Part shown: positions 1 through 13,810 of the stretch, piece after piece
Layout of the letters: every line of letters starts with the position of its first letter
Position numbering within the stretch: the stretch's first letter is position 1
Assembly: GCA_964016885.1 (NCBI GenBank)
Contig: OZ024742.1
Coordinates: 19,716,001-19,780,000 of the forward strand
DNA: 64,000 bases
Direction: 5' to 3'
Source of the DNA: Eledone cirrhosa
Taxonomy: Eukaryota
Position numbers and translations under genes: made by a program
Notes under the pieces: model-generated
The model's database searches: none
Told to the model about the DNA's origin: nothing
Seen by the model: only the letters and a program-made list of their open reading frames with translations

Positions 1-32
1 AAGAAACATCATAAAAAAGCTATATGACTTAC

Positions 33-119
33 CGGAAGCTGTAATAATGAATTCCTCTTCACTGACATAGCACAGTTTTGTTATGGGATTATACGTATAG
101 ATGGATTTCACCACATGGC
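33..119 (-). CDS. WD40-repeat protein, internal exon; the gene continues beyond the window start
   Basis: atctgtcag| acceptor and |gtaagt donor, 87 nt, phase 1 to 1. Reads (G)HVVKSIYTYNPITKLCYVSEEEFIITAS, in frame with the exon at 3200-3289. Confidence 0.85.
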
Positions 120-1042
120 CTGACAGATAGTAAAATATAACAATATTTTAGTAAATAGGAAAATAATGTGCTGTGGGCAGATAGAGTTAAGTATCTCGTT
201 CAAGGATAGTAATTACAGACTTATTTACAGATAGTCTTCTATATACATTTGTCCATCTTTCCAACAACAACCCCAAGCACCTTTTTGAATTTCATATGTC
301 TAACACTTGTGGATATCATCATCATTATCGTTTAACATTCATTTCCCACGCTAGTATGGGTAGGACAGCCTGTCTCTTTATGAGAGATCAGGTTGGTGGA
401 CTGTGTTTCGCTTACACAGAACATGCTTACACAATCAGAAAACAGTACAGCTCTCATGACTTTCAGAAACATCTTTTCCCACTCAGAGTTGCTGAAGCAT
501 AAAACAAACTACCTGCATCAGTTGTTAGCTGTCAGGACACTGAATCCTACAAAACATCCATGCTTTCTGATATTTGCCAACATTACACATGATATTTCCC
601 TTTCATACACATGTACACATGTATATCTGTGTGTATACCATGACTTATACACTGTTCAGTTTCCTGATATTTGTACATTCTATGTACTATACATGCACCC
701 TTGATGAGTTGTAGTGCACCTGAGCACTGTACAGAATAATTATCATTATTATCATTATTTATTTATTTAGACACACCATTAATGTAATATTTTGTGGTAT
801 TTGTTCTGACTGTCTGTGTACTGAGTTCAGACAACACGAGATCAACTTTGCTTTTTATTCTTTCAAGGTTGATAAAAAAGTACCAGTCAAGTACTGCGGT
901 TGATTCTTCCTCTATGTCACTTTTTCACTTTCTTTCTCTCTTCCCATTAACTATCAGTGTGAACACCAATCAAGTCTACACAACTTTATGGAATAAAAAT
1001 ATTTAAAATACCTCACAATTGAGAAATAATAGTCTAGTTCCA

Positions 1043-1104
<62 letters not shown>

Positions 1105-1213
1105 TAGGGTATATATATAAGTATGGTACATATATATAATTTTGGTACCAGGAAAAGCTGAAAGAACTAGGCAGGAAAAATTGGTCGAAAGGAGAAATCT
1201 ATTGAGTGTTCTT

Positions 1214-1284
<71 letters not shown>

Positions 1285-2804
1285 GATTTTTCTTTGCTGA
1301 GCATAAAAAATATTAACGATTATTTAAAAAAAAAATCTAACAAAAACTAGAAAAAATTAGGAGATTAATGGAATATTTAGAAAAGATGCCAACTAATAGA
1401 GACATTTATGGGAGGTAACTCATGTCCAAGGGAAATAACTATGGATTTTTATACTTCAATCGACTGAAATAATTTAAATGTTATACAGTTTTATATCAAA
1501 ATTACAATAGACAATGATCTTTTATTGAGATAATTGAGTGAGACATAGTGGAAACCCTTATTATCATCATGGATAATGTTATCAAAATATGTGGGGGCTC
1601 AATCAGGCTCAGGATATGGTTATATGCACTGCTTAATGTTATGAATTGGTTACTAGGGATGCAGCATGGACAAATAATTAATGTTCGGCAGTGGTTAACC
1701 CCTCATCTAGGATACCACATGTAGCAGCACTTTCTAACAAGACCTACTGGAAGGAGTGTTTGAGGAATTTGCCCCCACGACTCTCTCAGGAATAAATGGG
1801 CGAAGAAGAAGCTTTGTCTCACAATGTGTTACATTGGATTTCACTGAGAATTACGTTCAGGGTACATGTCTTTGAAGAATGTTCTTAATTAACTTTCAAC
1901 ATGAGCACGAACATATGCAAATTAGTTTGTCCATTATGAGATAGAATATATAAGCCTCTCTGTTATGTATTTCCATGTTGTTGTTTAGATGTTATACATA
2001 TCTTCTGATGAGATCCAGATTAGGTTTGAAAATTGAATAAAGTTATTTATCCTTTTTTTTCAATTCACAGGGAAATCATCATCATCATCATTGTTTAATG
2101 TCTTTTTTACACACTAGCATGGGTTAGACGGGTGGTCCTATTTGAGGTAAGTCAAGGTCAGATGACCATGTCTTGCTCATACAGAACTGATTATATACAC
2201 ATGTGATATATTTAACTCCAGATCTCTAACGTACTGACCAGATATATGCCATATCTTTAACTCCAGATATACTGATATAATATAATATGATATTTTTAAC
2301 ACAAAACATCTATGTTTAACGTCCACTTTCCACGCTAGCATGGGTTAGACGGGAGTTGTCCACTTGAGGCAAGGTTGGTCGGGTGACCGTGTCTCGCTCA
2401 TATAGGACTATCTGGCAGGTTTTCTATGGCTGGATGCCCTTCTTAACACCAACCACATTTACAGTGTGGAACTGGGAACTTTTTACTGTGCTACCTACAC
2501 GGCCACATTACAGCGTGGAGTGTGTGTTTTTTTTCTCGTGACACCTACACGATCTCGATCTCATTTATCTCATTTATTTGGACTGGATGTTGTGGTACCA
2601 ACTTTATAGAGAGGGGGTGGTGTTGGTGGGAGTGGGAGGATAGGGTAGGGGTAGTGGATTGGGGTGTATATTTGGTTAAGAGGTGCCTACTGCCTGTAGG
2701 TTTCGCTTTTTACTTAGGCAAGGCGGGTCTTCTGTATTACTGCGTAGCACCAAAGATCTCGGTCCAGTGACATTGTCTTAGAGAGGTGCAAGTGTGTAAG
2801 GTCG

Positions 2805-2844
<40 letters not shown>

Positions 2845-3199
2845 TATATCTTTAAAGAGATACATCTATGGCATTTACTTCATATAAACAAGCCACATTT
2901 TAACAATAGATTTCTGTGTGATACTGACTTGAAATATCTATTGAGTAGATATATATAAATATGCAATATTTTTAACATCAGATTTCTATGTGATACTGAC
3001 CTGATATAACATGTTGAAGTTTTAACTTCTGATAGCTATGTCATACTGAGCAGATGCAAAATGTGATATCTTTATCATATCTTATCTATGATATTGACCT
3101 GATATAACATACCATATCTTTAACTCCAGATTTCTATGTGATACTGACCAGATATATAAACAGGTAATATCTTTAATAAGAGATATTTAGGAGACTCAC

Positions 3200-3289
3200 C
3201 TGATTTAACATGCCATATCTTCAAATTACAGTCAAGAGATCCACTAAATAAATATAAAGAATCACCTTTTCCATCACCATGAAGTTCAT
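3200..3289 (-). CDS. WD40-repeat protein, internal exon
   Basis: tttctgcag| acceptor and |gtgagt donor, 90 nt, phase 1 to 1. Reads (D)ELHGDGKGDSLYLFSGSLDCNLKIWHVKS(G), which contains an LFSGSxDxxLKIW motif. Confidence 0.9.
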
Positions 3290-4390
3290 CTGCAGAAACA
3301 ACATTTAACTCTTTTATTACCATATTTCTAATGAAAGACACTGCCTTTGGTCTTCAAATAATTTTGAAAACAATCAAGACTTTGAAATTATTCAGTTAAT
3401 AAAAGGTATCAAAGAATGGAACTATATACAATCGTAATCTAGAGCAGAGAAATCTTATCTCTGCAAAATTTCATGGAAAAACATATATACATCATTAAGA
3501 AAGTTATGAGAAAACAAATATGTAGAGTTAAGACTAAAAAAGTACCAATCCAGTACTGGGGTTGATTCTTTCTCTATATCATCATCATTTAACATACATT
3601 TTCCACGCCAGCATGGGTAGTGTGGGCTGTCTCGTTGTGAGAGACGCAGGTTGAAGAACCATGCTTTGCTCATGTAGGGCTGATTTTGGGGTGGTTTCTA
3701 TGGCTGGATGCCTTTCCTAACACCAACCACATTTACAGTATGGACTGAGCACTTTTTGTCATGTCGCCAACATGACCACTTTACAGTGTGGGCTGGGCGC
3801 TTTTTGTTGTGTCGCCAACACGACCACTTTATAGTGTGGGCTGGAGGTTTTGTTTGAAGTATACTTCAGATTGAGTTCATGGGAGATGTATGGGAGTAGG
3901 TGGGGAGAGGGGTGTTGCATGATAAATACGTGCTTCAGCGACAGCCTGTGTCCATGGGAATTCGGCTCTTTCACATTTCCCCTCTCTCACTTTCTATCTT
4001 TCTCTGGAAAAACTCTGTGTTCAGACCTGGCAAGGGATGGGCTCTGCCAGGCTTAAAATGCCCCAGAAACACCTTATATGGCACTCCTACAACTCTAACA
4101 GGAGTTACGGGACTATCACATCATTGATCTTTGCTGCCCCTATTTTTTCAGTCTTTCCATGCCTGTTTCTTGGGTTATTATATCTATGATGCTGCTTCAC
4201 GAAATCACCCTTGGCCAAGCTAGTACATTGCATATATATGTGTGTGTGTGGTGCATGCATGTATGTGCATGTGTGCTGTGGTGTGTATGTGTGAGGTGTA
4301 ATTTGGTGTGTATGTAGTGTGTATAGTGTGTATGTGTGTATATGTGCTATGCTGTTTGCATGTGTGCTACAGGTGTGTGTGTGGAGGGGG

Positions 4391-4440
<50 letters not shown>

Positions 4441-4550
4441 AACAGTGAATATCTACAATAAAATCACCTGATGGTACAGATCTGTGTGTATGGTAAGTCA
4501 GACAATAAACATTATTTGGTAAGTAAATCCAGATTTTCTCTGCTACTTAC

Positions 4551-4672
4551 CGATTCTGTTGGAGTCTTCTTTATTTAAAAGTTGAAGAGAAGATACGATC
4601 CCTGTATGGCTGCTAAATATGTGGATCTCTTGAAAGGTTTTCAAGTCCCACGATCGTATTGTTGTATCTCGG
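4551..4672 (-). CDS. WD40-repeat protein, internal exon
   Basis: ctgttgcag| acceptor and |gtaagt donor, 122 nt, phase 2 to 1. Reads (S)RDTTIRSWDLKTFQEIHIFSSHTGIVSSLQLLNKEDSNRI, which contains a DxTIRxWD motif. Confidence 0.9.
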
Positions 4673-4859
4673 CTGCAACAGAAAAACAAACAAAAGTTCC
4701 AGATAAAGGGAGCCTCTATAAGGGCATTTCATTGTATGTATGTATGGACCTGTAATTTCTAATATAGTGGTAGGGGCAAAGTTGAACATAAGCAGGATTT
4801 GAACTGAAGGCTATAATAATTAAGGTTTCTGATTTAGGCACAAAGCCAACAATTTTTGC

Positions 4860-5165
4860 AGGAGAGGAAAGACACTACTTCTCCGAATTAGGAGATCACA
4901 GCTCCGATACTATGAGCATGTGGTTAGAATGTTTTAGGAAATAATCGCTGCACAGATTTTATGAGAAAAACAAACTGACAGGAGACCCAGGGGGTAGACT
5001 CCGAGCAAGATGGTTGGATAACATCCATGAGCTTGACTGGTCTCACTTGGGGATCCAGCTAGATTAGTTGGAGATGGTTGCTTCTGACAGGACCTGCTGG
5101 AAGGAGTGTTTGAAGACTCTGCCCCCACAAACCTCTCAGGAATATGTAGGCGAAGAAGAAGAAAG
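4860..5165 (+). mobile_element. Degenerate 3' end of an RTE-clade LINE with a (GAA)n tail; related copy at ~1400-1810
   Basis: Translates to RRPRGRLRARWLDNIHELDWSHLGI, resembling the RTE ORF C-terminus. Ends in gaagaagaagaa. A similar 3' end sits at 1740-1810. Confidence 0.55.
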
Positions 5166-5269
5166 GGAATGTCGATTAAACTGACACGAGTATGTTACTG
5201 GTACTTCATTCTATTGACCCTGGAAGGATGAAAAGTAAAGTTGAATATTGCAATAATAAAGACAATTAC

Positions 5270-5393
5270 CTGGCTGTGACTAGAATGTTATCATCTGAAT
5301 CCATGTCTGTCACTAAATCATTGTGACCTTCTAGATTGTACACTAAAAACTGACTGCGGGTCCATGCTCGTTTTGGCACTTTTGGTTTTGTAC
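5270..5393 (-). CDS. WD40-repeat protein, internal exon (first exon recognisable in the window)
   Basis: On the minus strand: ttttaag| acceptor and |gtaatt donor, 124 nt, phase 1 to 2. Reads TKPKVPKRAWTRSQFLVYNLEGHNDLVTDMDSDDNILVTAS (WD40 GH...LVTAS) and joins in frame to the next three exons. Confidence 0.85.
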
Positions 5394-5665
5394 CTTAAAA
5401 TACAGAGAACATTGAAATGGTTAACAAGTTCCATTCCGATTAGTTCAGTCATTATATAAGAGAGTAAGAATTTATTCTATATTTTGCTATTTTGTAACAA
5501 AAACATCAATTAACAGGAACATTTAACTGTAGAATTGTCTCATATATGTATTTGTTTTCCAAGGTTTTTGATATGAAATCGCGTGTTGAAAACAGCAATA
5601 ATCACTGAAGATGTCACAGGAAAATCTGTGAGAAAAGAACTTTGAGAAATGATATTCATATTTTG

Positions 5666-6005
5666 AAGGCACATGGCTTAGTGGTTAGAGCATTGGCCTT
5701 GCAATCGAAAGGTTGTGAGTTCAATTCTCACACCGGGTGATGTGTTGTTTCCTTGAGCAAGACACTTTATTTCACATTGCTCCAGTTTACTCAGCTGTAG
5801 AAATGAGATGATAGGGACTGGGGTCCATATCATTCCACTGCAAGGTGGTCGTGGAGGTGCCACGGCAAAAAAGCACCCAACACTCACTGCAAATGAGGTT
5901 GGTGTTAGGAAGGGCATCCAGCTGTAGAAATCTAGCCACAATCAGTTCCTGTCCCACCCTTGCAAGCAGGGAAAAGCGGACGTAAAATGATGATGATGAT
6001 GATGA
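5666..6005 (+). mobile_element. tRNA-derived SINE with RTE-like 3' end and (ATG)n tail
   Basis: A box tggcttagtgg, B box gttcaattc, central ccttgagcaagacacttt, 3' ggaagggcatccagc and a (tga)n tail. Near-identical copies at 28192-28541 and 34498-34665 (truncated). Confidence 0.85.
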
Positions 6006-6011
6006 TTTGAT

Positions 6012-7190
6012 GTTTTAGAGAGGGTGTTGGTGGTGTGGTGGTGGTGGTTTTAGAGAGGGTATTGGTGGTGTGGTGGTGGTGGTGGTTTTAGAGAGGGTGT
6101 TGGTGGTGTGGTGGTGGTGGTTTTAGAGAGGGTATTGGTGGTGTGGTGGTGGAGGTGGTGGTTTTAGAGAGGGTGTTGGTGGTGTGGTGGTGGAGATGGT
6201 GGTTTTAGAGAGGGTGTTGGTGGTGTGGTGGTTTTAGAGAGGGTATTGGTGGTGTGGTGGTGGAGGTGGTGGTTTTAGAGAGGGTGTTGGTGGTGTGGTG
6301 GTGGAGGTGGTGGTTTTAGAGAGGGTGTTGGTGGTGTGGTGGTGGAGGTGGTGGTTTTAGAGAGGGTGTTGGTGGTGTGGTGGTGGAGATGGTGGTTTTA
6401 GAGAGGGTGTTGGTGGTGTGGTGGTGGAGGTGGTAGTTTTAGAGAGAGTATTGTTGGTGTGGTGGTGGTGTGGTGGTGGAGGTGGTGGTTTTAGAGAGGG
6501 TATTGGCGGTGTGGTGATGGAGGTGGTGGTTTTAGAGAGGGTATTGGTGGTGTGGTGGTGGACGTGGTGGTTTTAGAGAGGGTATTGGTGGTGTGGTGGT
6601 GGAGGTGGTGGTTTTAGAGAGGGTATTGGTGGTGTGGTGGTGGAGGTGGTGGTTTTAGAGAGGGTGTTGGTGGTGTGGTGGTGGAGATGGTGGTTTTAGA
6701 GAGGGTGTTGGTGGTGTGGTGGTGGAGGTGGTGGTTTCAGAGAGGGTATTGGTGGTGTGGTGGTGGAGGTGGTGGTTTTAGAGAGGGTATTGGTGGTGTG
6801 GTGTGGTGGTGGTTTTAGAGAGGGGGTTGGTGGTGTGGTGGTGGTGGTGGTTTTAGAGAGGGTATTGGTGGTGTGGTGTGGTGGTGGTTTTAGAGAGGGG
6901 GTTGGTGGTGTGGTGGTGGTGGTTTTAGAGAAGGTGTTGGTGGTGTGGTGGTGGTTTTAGAGAGGGTATTGGTGGTGTGGTGGTGGTGGTTTTAGAGAAG
7001 GTGTAGGTAGTGTGGTGGTGGTTTTAGAGAAGGTGTTGGTGGTGATTTTAGAGAGGGTGTTGGAGGTGTGGTGCTGTGGCGGTTTTAGAGAGGGTGATGG
7101 TGGTGTGGTGGCGATGTGGTCGTGGTTGATGTTGGAATGGTTTTAAAGAGGATGTTGGTGGTGGATTACTGGTGTAGGTGGTGGTGGAGA
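6012..7190 (+). repeat. GT-rich minisatellite (ggttttagagagggtRttggtggtgtggtggtggag...)
   Basis: Tandem units of ~30-40 bp with variable (GGT)n content. Confidence 0.95.
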
Positions 7191-7387
7191 GGGGATCTCT
7201 GTTAGTTGGTGACTGTATTGACAATTGTAAATTAACATTTAGTGTAATCATCAAGTCATGAAAGAATTATGATATAAATAAAAGATATAAAATTATATAA
7301 AGTTTATAGATGTGATTACTTTTGAGTTATTGTATATGTATGGGGAGGTAACTCCTGATGGTGTTGTAGGGTACAATCATGGTGTAC

Positions 7388-8888
7388 AGCATGTCTTGGC
7401 CACTAACAGAACCCATCATCACTCCAAGACTGAACTGAGGGAGGGAGAGAGAGAGACAGTCAGACATCATGTCTTGGGTACTAACAGAACCCATCCTCAC
7501 TCCAAGACTGAACTAAGAGAGAGAGAGAGAGAGAGAGACAGTCAGACATGATGTCTTGGCCACTAACAGAACCCATCATCACTCCAAGACTGAACTGATG
7601 GAGAGAGAGAGAGAGAGAGTGAGACAGTCAGACATGATGTCTTGGGTACTAACAGAACCCATCCTCACTCCAAGACTGAACTGAGGGAGGGAGAGAGAGA
7701 GACAGTCAGACATCATGTCTTGGGTACTAACAGAACCCATCCTCACTCCAAGACTGAACTGAGAGAGAGAGAGAGAGAGAGAGACAGTCAGACATCATGT
7801 CTTGGGTACTAACAGAACCCATCCTCACTCCAAGACTGAACTAAGAGAGAGAGAGAGAGAGAGAGAGACAGTCAGACATCAAGTCTTGGGTACTAACAGA
7901 GCCCATCCTCACTCCAAGACTGAACTGAGAGAGAGAGAGAGAGAGAGACAGTCAGACATCATGTCTTGGGTACTAACAGAACCCATCCTCACTCCAAGAC
8001 TGAACTGAGAGAGAGAGAGAGAGAGAGAGACAGTCAGACATCATGTCTTGGGTACTAACAGAACCCATCCTCACTCCAAGACTGAACTGAGAGAGAGAGA
8101 GAGAGAGAGAGACAGTCAGACATCATGTCTTGGGTACTAACAGAGCCCATCCTCACTCCAAGACTGAACTGAGGGAGAGAGAGAGAGAGAGAGAGTCAGA
8201 CATCATGTCTTGGGTACTAACAGAACCCATCCTCACTCCAAGACTGAACTGAGAGAGAGAGAGAGACAGTCAGACATCATGTCTTGGGTACTAACAGAAC
8301 CCATTCTCACTCCAAGACTGAACTAAGAGAGAGAGAGAGAGAGAGACAGTCAGACATCATGTCTTGGGTACTAACAGAAACCATCCTCACTCCAAGACTG
8401 AACTGAGAGAGAGAGAGAGAGAGAGAGTCAGACATCATGTCTTGGGTACTAACAGAACCCATCCTCACTCCAAGACTGAACTGAGAGAGAGAGAGAGAGA
8501 GAGACAGTCAGACATCATGTCTTGGGTACTAACAGAACCCATCCTCACTCCAAGACTGAACTGAGAGAGAGAGAGAGAGAGAGACAGTCAGACATCATGT
8601 CTTGGGTACTAACAGAACCCATCCTCACTCCAAGACTGAACTGAGAGAGAGAGAGAGAGAGAGACAGTCAGACATCATGTCTTGGGTACTAACAGAGCCC
8701 ATCCTCACTCCAAGACTGAACTGAGAGAGAGAGAGAGAGAGAGACAGAGAGAGTCAGACATCATGTCTTGGGTACTAACAGAGCCCATCCTCACTCCAAG
8801 ACTGAACTGAGAGAGAGAGAGAGAGAGAGAGAGACAGTCAGACATCATGTCTTGGGTACTAACAGAACCCATCCTCACTCCAAGACTG

Positions 8889-8932
<44 letters not shown>

Positions 8933-10501
8933 CATCATGTCTTGGGTACTAACAGAACCCATCCTCACTCCAAGACTGAACTGAGAGAGAGAGAGAGAGA
9001 GAGACAGTCAGACATCATGTCTTGGGTACTAACAGAACCCATCCTCACTCCAAGACTGAACTGAGGGAGGGAGAGAGAGAGACAGTCAGACACCATGTCT
9101 TGGGTACTAACAGAGCCCATCCTCACTCCAAGACTGAACTGAGGGAGAGAGAGAGAGAGAGAGAGTCAGACATCATGTCTTGGGTACTAACAGAACCCAT
9201 CCTCACTCCAAGACTGAACTGAGAGAGAGAGAGAGAGAGAGACAGTCAGACATCATGTCTTGGGTACTAACAGAAGCCATCCTCACTCCAAGACTGAACT
9301 GAGGGAGAGAGAGAGAGAGAGAGAGACAGTCAGACATCATGTCTTGGGTACTAACAGAGCCCATCCTCACTCCAAGACTGAACTGAGGGAGAGAGAGAGA
9401 GAGACAGTCAGACATCATGTCTTGGGTACTAACAGAACCCATCCTCACTCCAAGACTGAACTGAGGGAGAGAGAGAGAGAGACAGTCAGACACCATGTCT
9501 TGGGTACTAACAGAACCCATCCTCACTCCAAGACTGAACTGAGGGAGGGAGAGAGAGAGAGACAGTCAGACATCATGTCTTGGGTACTAACAGAGCCCAT
9601 CCTCACTCCAAGACTGAACTGAGGGAGAGAGAGAGAGAGAGAGAGTCAGACATCATGTCTTGGGTACTAACAGAACCCATCCTCACTCCAAGACTGAACT
9701 GAGAGAGAGAGAGAGAGAGAGAGAGACAGTCAGACATCATGTCTTGGGTACTAACAGAACCCATCCTCACTCCAAGACTGAACTGAGGGAGGGAGAGAGA
9801 GAGACAGTCAGACACCATGTCTTGGGTACTAACAGAGCCCATCCTCACTCCAAGACTGAACTGAGGGAGAGAGAGAGAGAGAGAGAGTCAGACATCATGT
9901 CTTGGGTACTAACAGAACCCATCCTCACTCCAAGACTGAACTGAGAGAGAGAGAGAGAGAGAGACAGTCAGACATCATGTCTTGGGTACTAACAGAAGCC
10001 ATCCTCACTCCAAGACTGAACTGAGGGAGAGAGAGAGAGAGAGAGAGACAGTCAGACATCATGTCTTGGGTACTAACAGAGCCCATCCTCACTCCAAGAC
10101 TGAACTGAGGGAGAGAGAGAGAGAGACAGTCAGACATCATGTCTTGGGTACTAACAGAACCCATCCTCACTCCAAGACTGAACTGAGGGAGAGAGAGAGA
10201 GAGACAGTCAGACACCATGTCTTGGGTACTAACAGAACCCATCCTCACTCCAAGACTGAACTGAGGGAGGGAGAGAGAGAGAGACAGTCAGACATCATGT
10301 CTTGGGTACTAACAGAGCCCATCCTCACTCCAAGACTGAACTGAGGGAGCGAGAGACAGAGAGAGACAGTCAGACATCATGTCTTGGGTACTAACAGAAC
10401 CCATCCTCACTCCAAGACTGAACTGAGGGAGGGAGAGAGAGAGACAGTCAGACACCATGTCTTGGGTACTAACAGAGCCCATCCTCACTCCAAGACTGAA
10501 C

Positions 10502-10538
<37 letters not shown>
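7388..10538. repeat. Compound satellite: constant 60-bp unit plus variable (GA)n, period ~78-86 bp, roughly 38-40 copies, running into the gap
   Basis: Unit cagtcagacatcatgtcttgggtactaacagaacccatcctcactccaagactgaactga followed by (ga)n. Confidence 0.97.
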
Positions 10539-10738
10539 NNNNNNNNNNNNNNNNNNNNNNNNNNNNNNNNNNNNNNNNNNNNNNNNNNNNNNNNNNNNNN
10601 NNNNNNNNNNNNNNNNNNNNNNNNNNNNNNNNNNNNNNNNNNNNNNNNNNNNNNNNNNNNNNNNNNNNNNNNNNNNNNNNNNNNNNNNNNNNNNNNNNNN
10701 NNNNNNNNNNNNNNNNNNNNNNNNNNNNNNNNNNNNNN
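10539..10738. other. Assembly gap (200 N)
   Basis: Run of N between the compound satellite and a (TA/TG)n block. Confidence 1.
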
Positions 10739-11292
10739 ATATATGTATGTGTATGTATATATATATATATGTATGTGTATGTATATATATGTATGTGTAT
10801 GTATATATATATATGTGTATGTATATATATATATATGTGTATGTATATATATATATATATGTGTATGTATATATATATATGTATGTATGTATATATATAT
10901 ATGTATGTGTATGTATATATATATATGTATGTGTATGTATATATATATATGTATGTGTATGTATATATATATATATATGTGTATGTATATATATATATTA
11001 TATGTGTATGTATATATATATATATATGTGTATGTATATATATATATATGTGTGTATGTATATATATATATATGTGTGTATGTATATATATATATATGTG
11101 TATGTATATATATATATATGTGTATGTATATATATATATGTGTATGTATATATATATATATATGTGTATGTGTATGTATATATATATATATGTGTATGTA
11201 TATATATATATATGTGTATGTATATATATGTATGTGTATGTATATATATGTATGTGTATGTATATATATGTGTATGTATATATATATATGTG

Positions 11293-11333
<41 letters not shown>

Positions 11334-11664
11334 ATGTGTATGTATGTATATGTGTATGTATATATATATATATGTGTGTGTATGTATATATATGTATATA
11401 TATATATATATATGTGTGTGTATGTATACATATGTATATATATATATATATATATGTGTGTATGTATATATATATATATATATATGTGTGTATGTATATA
11501 TATATATATATATATCTGTGTGTATGTGTATGTATATATATATATGTGTGTGTATGTATATATGTGTATGTATATATATATATATATATATATGTGTGTA
11601 TGTATATATATATATATATCTGTGTGTATGTGTATGTATATATATATATGTGTGTGTATGTATA

Positions 11665-11701
<37 letters not shown>

Positions 11702-11880
11702 ATGTATATATGTGTGTGTGTATGTGTATATATATATATGTGTGTGTGTGTGTGTATATGTGTATGTATATATGTGTATGTATATATATGTGTGTGTATG
11801 TATGCGTATATGTGTGTATATATATGTGTATATATGCGTATAAATGTGTATATATGTGTGTGTGTATGTGTATATATATA

Positions 11881-11908
<28 letters not shown>
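10739..11908. repeat. (TA)n/(TATG)n/(TG)n microsatellite block
   Basis: Simple repeat. The long ORFs here are low-complexity artefacts. Confidence 0.97.
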
Positions 11909-11912
<4 letters not shown>

Positions 11913-12355
11913 GTTTTATGTGTGTAAGGCAATGAAAACTACAATTTATATTTCATGGGTAACTTTAAGTTTCATAGACATTCATCAGGCTTGTTTTTTA
12001 CTCCCCAACAATTTTACTCAATGATCAATTCCAATCTTTCCCTGACTAATTATTTCCCATGTCAAACTGTACCTAAACACGTGCTTATACACACATATAT
12101 AAACACAAACATATAAACACATACATACATCTTTCAAATCACTGATGAATGAAGAAATATCAACTTGCTTCAGGAAGCTCCTAGTACCTAGGAAGGTATA
12201 TACCAGTCTGCCATGTATATTATTTTTTATATATATATATATATATGTATATTGTTTTATTATTTCTGGCAATATTATAACAATATGACCCTCCCCAAGT
12301 ATAACTATATATATATATGTATAACTATATATATGTGTGTGTGTTGTGTGTGTGT

Positions 12356-12428
<73 letters not shown>

Positions 12429-12899
12429 CTCGTATAAATGCCTGAAGAAAGGTCACAAATTTGATGCTGCTTGTATTCTGGAAGTATGATCTATATTGGA
12501 GCTTGGAACCCTGGGTAGCGCTTTTCTTTTGCATATAAACATAAATAAATAATATCATATAATATAATACATATGTATATACATACACGTGTGTTTTCTC
12601 CCTGAAATCCATCACTGTGAATCTCGATTATGTAATCATCTCCAATATAACCATCAATAACTTTAATTTGATTATTCACTTTTATTTAGTGTTTATCAGC
12701 AGTATTGTTCATCAGCCACAATGGTCAACCAGAGGAATAATATTTCATATGAAGCTAGAAAGTAGAAGAATGTGTCAAATTAAGATTCTGCTTGAACTCT
12801 AATTGAAATTGACTCTATATTAGATATTCTTCAGATGAGGGTTCAAACTTTTACATAAATATACAAACAAGAAAGTCATATCAAGCAAACGAATCAAGG

Positions 12900-13810
12900 A
12901 GGTTTGCAGAACAGTAACATTGTGGAAAAAATGAAATATTTTATACAACCTAATTAAAATTGCCTTATATTCTTCAGCTGAGTATAAAATTTCGGATGGA
13001 ATGAAAAGTTTTATCCAAATTTCAGTAGACGAAAAAATACATATATCTTTAAAAATGCTCTCTGCATGGTATTTTTTAATTTTAATGCAATGTTGTCAAA
13101 AATAAATGTTGATAAATGCTTTAAAAGTTTGCATTACGCCTTCAAGAGGTGCAAGGTGATTTCTGAAAGAAGATTAACTTCAGAGAACATTACATGGAGA
13201 ATAAATTATGCCAGATAATTTCAACATCTCAGGTTTCCTGGCAGAGAATCTGAGAGGAAAAGTTTTTTTTATTAATCAAGTTGAGTTGGACATTTAAATA
13301 TGGTGGAGTAAGAATTAGACAATTTTCTGCGACGTCAGCACCTGGATTGTATTCCTGAAGTATAGGTATATATTGTGCCATGAGCAAATATAAGTATCTA
13401 TATTGTGCTATGAACAAAGATGGGGGAAATATAGCTATATATTGTGCCATGAACAAAAATGGGCACATCTACTATAAACAGAACTGGTGCCTTCAACTCC
13501 TTATGATTTGACACATTTCTCAATTGGATCAATGATAAACACTTGGAGAACTGTATATTGATTTTAGACAATGTTCCTTTTCAAAAGTACAGAGTTATTT
13601 ATCAGTTAACCCAGTCAAAATACTATCAAGTACAATTCTTATCTCCATATTCACCCAGTTTAACCCTGTTGAAAACATGTTTAGTAAGTGGAAGTATTAC
13701 ACAAGGAGATGTGAACCAAGGAATATTGATGACTAAACTATTTTGATCAATACCAGGCTGTCTTTGATTACTGAAGACGATTGAGCTGGATATTTTAGAA
13801 ATATATTAAG
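12900..13810 (+). mobile_element. Degenerate IS630/Tc1/mariner (DDE_3-type) transposase relic
   Basis: Fragments LHYAFKRCKVISERR...RINYA and LENCILILDNVPFQ...VQFLSPYSP, then after a frameshift NPVENMFSKWK. These match the ILDN...FLPPYSPxLNPIE motifs. Multiple stops and frameshifts. Confidence 0.75.

Noticed and set aside
5666-5740. tRNA gene
   Set aside because: The A and B boxes belong to a SINE head repeated with its body elsewhere in the window, and no proper cloverleaf forms.
7540-7600. C/D-box snoRNA-like motifs (GTGATGA...CTGA) in the satellite unit
   Set aside because: Only ~30 nt separate the boxes, and the C box is altered in nearly all copies.
7388-10538. CRISPR-like appearance (constant repeat with variable spacer)
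   Set aside because: The spacers are only (GA)n of varying length, there are no cas genes, and the context is eukaryotic.
11955-11995. CTGATGA...GAAA hammerhead-like core on the minus strand
   Set aside because: The stem I flanks do not pair.
10384-12024. Long ORFs of 350-640 aa here and at 28430-31400 and 57548-59439
   Set aside because: They are translations of (TA)n/(CA)n microsatellites, open in several frames on both strands.
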